NCBI GenBank assembly: GCA_965218425.1
Contig: OZ244621.1
Span: 3,360,001 to 3,424,000, forward strand
Length of the DNA: 64,000 nt
DNA from: an uncultured Candidatus Binatia bacterium
Lineage (GTDB): Bacteria; Desulfobacterota; Binatia; UBA9968; CAXXLF01
Reading direction: 5' to 3'
The notes under the pieces were generated by a model that was not told where the DNA came from, did no database searches, and worked only from the letters and a program-made list of their open reading frames with translations. The first letter of the stretch is position 1. Each line of letters opens with the position of its first letter. Both the position numbers and the translations under genes were made by a program. Positions 59,887-64,000 of this stretch are shown piece by piece.

Positions 59887-60315
59887 ATGGCAGAGCAAGG
59901 AAAACCTCTTCCGCGGGTTACCAGCTTGACTCAACCCTTTTGGGAGGCGGCGTCGCAAAACAAGTTAGTGCTACAGCGGTGCCGTCAATGTGAGGCTTAT
60001 GTCTGGTGTCCCAGGCCATCTTGCACTGAGTGCGGCAGCGACCAATTGAAATGGACGTCTGTCAGCGGACGGGGCTCGGTCTTTTCTTTTACGGTTATCA
60101 GGCAAGTGATTGCCCGTGGTGCGGCTGCGTTTGAAAAAGAGATTCCCTACATCGTCGCCTGGATTGACCTCGAGGAAGGTCCCAGGTTTTGCACTAATGT
60201 GGTGGATTGCCCCATTGATAAGGTCACCATCGGTATGCCAGTGGAAGTCGTATTCGACAAGGCGAGCAGTGAAATTACGCTACCGAAATTCCGACCTCGA
60301 CCGGGACTATCTTAA
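59887..60315 (+). CDS. DUF35 Zn-ribbon/OB-fold protein
   Basis: PFWEAA, CRQC...CTEC, SGRG.V.SFT, LEEGPR, IGMPV. Confidence 0.93.
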   Translation: MAEQGKPLPRVTSLTQPFWEAASQNKLVLQRCRQCEAYVWCPRPSCTECGSDQLKWTSVSGRGSVFSFTVIRQVIARGAAAFEKEIPYIVAWIDLEEGPRFCTNVVDCPIDKVTIGMPVEVVFDKASSEITLPKFRPRPGLS

Positions 60316-60331
60316 CCGGGCAATTCCTACA

Positions 60332-61723
60332 TTAGGAATTGATGCCCTCGCCGAGGGCGGTCAGGGAGGCTTCCATGAGGGCCTCCGAGAGGGTAGGGTG
60401 AGCATGAATCGTCCGGCCCATTTGCCGTAGGGTTCCCCCCAGTTGTTGTGCCATGCCCACCTCGGCCACCAGTTCGGTAACCCCCTTGCCGATCATTTGG
60501 GCCCCCAGAATCTTGCCGTTCTCTCCCGCGATCACCTTTACCCAGCCATCGATATGATCCGTGGCCACGGCTTTGCCGGAAGCACGAAACTGAAATTTGC
60601 CCACCTTGACCGATTGGCCGCTCTCTCGGGCCTGTTTCTCATTCAATCCAATGCTTGCCACCTCCGGTTGGCAGTAAACACAGGCGGGGATCTCGTTTCG
60701 CTCAATTTTTTTCCTGTTATGTCCGCGCATCATTTCCACCGCGGCAATTCCCTCAGCGGAGGCCAGGTGTGCCAGCAGGGGTGGGCCCGTGAGATCGCCT
60801 ACGGCATAGATCCCTGCACAACTTGTTTGATATTGGTCGTCAACCTTAATACATCCCCTGTCCGTTTCGATCTTGAGTTTTTGCAAATCCAGATCTTCCG
60901 TCATCGGTGCCCTGCCAACTGCCACCAGGACCAGTTCGGCAGGAATAGAGCTCTCTTTTCCATCTCTCCCCTCCACCGTCACGGTTACGGCACCCTTTTC
61001 TTGTCGATTTGCTTTATATTTGGTCTGAGTGAGAACCCGAATCTTTTTCTTCTTAAAGGACCACTCCAGTTCGCGTCCCAATTCCTCATCCATCTCCGGC
61101 AAAAGCCGGTCCATCATTTCTACCAGAGTGGTCTCGACCCCGAAGCTTTTGTAGGCGTACGCGAACTCAACCCCGATGGCGCCTCCACCGATGATTAATA
61201 TCGATTTTGGCAGCTCTTTTCGTATGAGCGCTTCATGACTCGTTACAATGGTCTTACCATCGATGGTCAGCCCAGGGATAACCCCTTCCTTGCTACCCGT
61301 CGCCAGGAGAATCTTTGGGGATAATAACTTGATCTGTTCTCTTCCTTGAACCAGGACTTCGCCACGGGCTAAAAGGCTACCCGTGCCCGAAAAAAGCTTG
61401 ATTCGATGTTTTTTAAGCAGGAATTCCACCCCTTTGGCCAGCCGATCCGAAGCATTACGGCTCTGCTCAATCACTTTAGGGTAGTTCACTGATAGACCCT
61501 CACAGCGGACGCCATACTTTTCACTCTCACCTAAAGACTCCAGCAATTCCGCGGAGTGCAGGATGGCCTTGGAAGGAATGCAGCCCCAGTTGAGGCAAAC
61601 GCCCCCGGGTCGATCTTTTTCAACCATGGCGGTTTTTAATCCCAGTTGGGAGGCTCGGATGGCAGCGGTGTATCCTCCCGGACCTCCGCCGATGACCGTG
61701 AGGTCGTAGGATTCTTCTTTCAT
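60332..61723 (-). CDS. lpdA: Dihydrolipoyl dehydrogenase
   Basis: GGGPGG, GGVCLNWGCIPSK, GGGAIG, HAHPTLSE. Confidence 0.95.
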   Translation of the reverse strand: MKEESYDLTVIGGGPGGYTAAIRASQLGLKTAMVEKDRPGGVCLNWGCIPSKAILHSAELLESLGESEKYGVRCEGLSVNYPKVIEQSRNASDRLAKGVEFLLKKHRIKLFSGTGSLLARGEVLVQGREQIKLLSPKILLATGSKEGVIPGLTIDGKTIVTSHEALIRKELPKSILIIGGGAIGVEFAYAYKSFGVETTLVEMMDRLLPEMDEELGRELEWSFKKKKIRVLTQTKYKANRQEKGAVTVTVEGRDGKESSIPAELVLVAVGRAPMTEDLDLQKLKIETDRGCIKVDDQYQTSCAGIYAVGDLTGPPLLAHLASAEGIAAVEMMRGHNRKKIERNEIPACVYCQPEVASIGLNEKQARESGQSVKVGKFQFRASGKAVATDHIDGWVKVIAGENGKILGAQMIGKGVTELVAEVGMAQQLGGTLRQMGRTIHAHPTLSEALMEASLTALGEGINS

Positions 61724-61904
61724 GAAAGAGATCTCCTTGAAATATTTACAACTAATTGGGCGTGTCTTAGGAACCGCTTCCGTGCACGAATAGCACAGTG
61801 TCAAATTGTGCTGCAAATGGGGGTGAGATGAAAGGTTTGACGGGGGGCCGCTTTGTTGACAAGGGATAAGGAGTCCTCTATGAGAGGCGGTAGGAGAAAG
61901 ACCA

Positions 61905-62636
61905 ATGGCCTACACCAGTTGGAGAGGCACAGTGGGTTTGGTTAAACCTACTATGAGACCAGGTTCCCTTGAGGAGTTGATCCGGTTACTTCCCGAAGGA
62001 ATTGGAGTCATCCCCTTGTTTCTGGGGATCCAGCGGGGAACTGAGGATGAGTTCCGTGAAGTGATGCCGGCCTATGAGGCCAAGGTGGCAGAGTTGGTGG
62101 GGTTAGGAGTGGACTTGGTCCACCCGGAAGGTGCTCCGCCTTTCATGGTGCATGGTTATGGTGGCGAGCAGGAAATCATCAAAAAATGGGAAGAGAAGTA
62201 TAAGGTTCCGGTCATTACAGCCGGCACGACCCAGGTGGACGCATTGCGAGCTCTGGGAGTGCGAAGGATCGTTGGAGTGACCTATTTTACCGGAAAGATC
62301 AATGACACCTTTTCACGTTATTTCACTGAAGCGGGTTTCGAAGTGGCCGCCATGGAGGGGATTAAAGTTCCCTTTGAGGACGTGGGAAGACTCTCCTCTG
62401 AGGAGGTCTATGCCCATACCAGGACAGCTTTTATCAACTGCTCAAAGGCAGAGGCGATCTATATGCTGGGTTCGGGGTGGCGCACCCTGGGCATCATTGG
62501 CATGCTGGAGCAGGACATGGGAGTACCCGTGATCCATCCCGTGCCTGCGCGTGCCTGGGCAATACAGATGAGGCTCCACGTGAGACAGCCTGTCAAGGGT
62601 TATGGCTGCCTCTTGGAGCAGATGCCGTCCATGTGA
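61905..62636 (+). CDS. Asp/Glu racemase / maleate isomerase / arylmalonate decarboxylase-fold protein
   Basis: LPEGIG, GVDLV, ALRALGVRRI...TYF, LEQDMGVPVI, GYG.LL. Confidence 0.8.
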   Translation: MAYTSWRGTVGLVKPTMRPGSLEELIRLLPEGIGVIPLFLGIQRGTEDEFREVMPAYEAKVAELVGLGVDLVHPEGAPPFMVHGYGGEQEIIKKWEEKYKVPVITAGTTQVDALRALGVRRIVGVTYFTGKINDTFSRYFTEAGFEVAAMEGIKVPFEDVGRLSSEEVYAHTRTAFINCSKAEAIYMLGSGWRTLGIIGMLEQDMGVPVIHPVPARAWAIQMRLHVRQPVKGYGCLLEQMPSM

Positions 62637-62800
62637 CCTTGCCGTTTTCTATTCCTTCCGGGGGCTGTGATCCTTGACACTCACATAGGGGTGAAATAGA
62701 ATTCGCCAAAGCTTGTGTGGCTTAAAGGGCAATTCACGCCGATTATCTTGTAGCCCTCTGGCCCCATCTCCATTCCTCCCAACCGGTAAGGAGACATCGA

Positions 62801-64000
62801 GTGGACAATCAATACCATAACTTGAGACAGTGGGTAGATGCACTTAGGGACACCGGTGAAGTCCTCGACGTGAAAGGAGTGCACTGGAACCACGAAATGG
62901 GGATATTGACCCAGTTGGCCAGGCGACAGCGCCAGGGACCTGCTCTCCTCTTCGATCAAATCACCGACCATCAAGAAGGTTACCGTGTCCTGGTCAATAC
63001 CCTAGGGTCGACTCGCCGGTTGGCCCATACACTTCGCCTCGGGGACGTCAGTGGATACAGGGATCTGGTGGACAAATGGAAGGCAAAGTGGAAGGGCCTA
63101 GTACCGATTCCTCCACAGATGGTTGAGAGCGCACCCGTTAGGGAAAATACGCGATTGGGAGCGGACGTGGACCTGAGTTTGTTCCCGGCGCCCTTTTGGC
63201 ATGATGAAGACGGAGGCCGTTATATTGGAACGGGTTGTGTCGTTATCATGAAGGACCCCGAGACGGGTTGGGTCAACCTGGGGACCTATCGTGTCCAGCT
63301 GCAAGGAAAAAACGAGGTTACCGTCTATATCGGCTCGAGCCACCATGGTTCTATTATTAGGAGGAAGTATCTTAACGAAGGCAAACCCTGCCCTGTAGCC
63401 ATCGTGCTGGGCCAGGATCCCGTCGTATTTCTGAGTGCCAGTTCCTTGGGAGTCCCGCCGAACCGAAGCGAATATGATATTGCCGGCGGCATCAAGGGCG
63501 AGGCCATCACGGTTTTCGCCGGAGAGACCACCGGACTTCCTCTACCGTCGGAGGCCGAGGTCATATTAGAGGGACGCTTTCAGCCTGACAACAGGCGGAC
63601 CGAGGGCCCCTTCGGGGAGTTCACGGGTTATTATGGTTCGGGTCAGCGGGACGAGCCCTGCATGGATGTGGAAGCGGTTTACTATCGCTCGAAGCCTATC
63701 GTCCTCGGTTCCCCTCCGACGCGCCCTCCCAACGAGAGCACCTTTGTGCACTCTATCTTGAAATCGGCTTCCTTGGAGGAAGAACTGAAGGGCATCGGTA
63801 TTCCCGGCGTCCTTGGTGCTTGGAGTCATGATGCCGGAGCCGCTCAAATGTTTGTGGCGTTGTCCATTAAACAACAGTACCCGGGACACGCCAAGCAAAC
63901 GTTGGTGGCAGCCAGCAATTGCTACAGCGTGATGCACAGCAAGCTGGTTGTGGTGGTGGATGAAGATGTGGACATTACCAACCTGGACGATTTGATGTGG
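62801..64000 (+). CDS. UbiD family decarboxylase (runs off window end; absent from the ORF track)
   Basis: AAGGAG RBS plus GTG; LRQWV, PALLFD, DGGRYIGT, NLGTYR, EGPFGEFTGYY, YPGHAKQ, VVDEDVD. Confidence 0.93.
   Translation, partial: MDNQYHNLRQWVDALRDTGEVLDVKGVHWNHEMGILTQLARRQRQGPALLFDQITDHQEGYRVLVNTLGSTRRLAHTLRLGDVSGYRDLVDKWKAKWKGLVPIPPQMVESAPVRENTRLGADVDLSLFPAPFWHDEDGGRYIGTGCVVIMKDPETGWVNLGTYRVQLQGKNEVTVYIGSSHHGSIIRRKYLNEGKPCPVAIVLGQDPVVFLSASSLGVPPNRSEYDIAGGIKGEAITVFAGETTGLPLPSEAEVILEGRFQPDNRRTEGPFGEFTGYYGSGQRDEPCMDVEAVYYRSKPIVLGSPPTRPPNESTFVHSILKSASLEEELKGIGIPGVLGAWSHDAGAAQMFVALSIKQQYPGHAKQTLVAASNCYSVMHSKLVVVVDEDVDITNLDDLMW

Noticed and set aside
60443..61198. Long antisense ORFs (also 10857-11525, 39516-40133, 50212-50775)
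   Set aside because: Shadows of well-supported genes on the opposite strand.
1..64000. CRISPR arrays, cas genes, tRNA/rRNA, reverse transcriptase or retron systems
   Set aside because: No regularly spaced repeats or matching motifs were recognised by eye; tRNAscan-SE, cmscan and CRISPRCasFinder would be needed to exclude them.

Overview
Bacterial chromosomal window of moderately high GC. The gene content resembles Binatia/Deltaproteobacteria-type genomes (many SDRs, cupins, LLM oxidoreductases, UbiD, amidohydrolase, CoA-transferase); this placement is an inference. Housekeeping genes include the gcvPB 3' end, tonB, tatA, hflKC, an M23 peptidase plus bactofilin, lpdA, BolA and adenine deaminase. 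A SAM-I riboswitch controls a sulfur-carrier operon (moeB-like, decayed thrC-like gene, MoaD/CysO carrier, cysteine synthase). A cobalamin-uptake cassette has two related cobalamin riboswitches. There are five IS elements or relics (IS481, intact IS3, internally deleted IS630, IS256 nested against an IS3 stub) and about 20 gene relics, including a CBASS CD-NTase fragment and a phage head-protein fragment. The main unexplained signals are a ~130-bp non-coding repeat present twice in inverted orientation (8388-8517 and 10456-10586), a candidate multi-branch RNA with two AGGA-loop hairpins (33560-33707), a histidine-decarboxylase/ACT gene pair, and a cysteine-less racemase-fold gene next to UbiD. 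No CRISPR array, tRNA or rRNA was recognised. All calls are by eye, without database searches.
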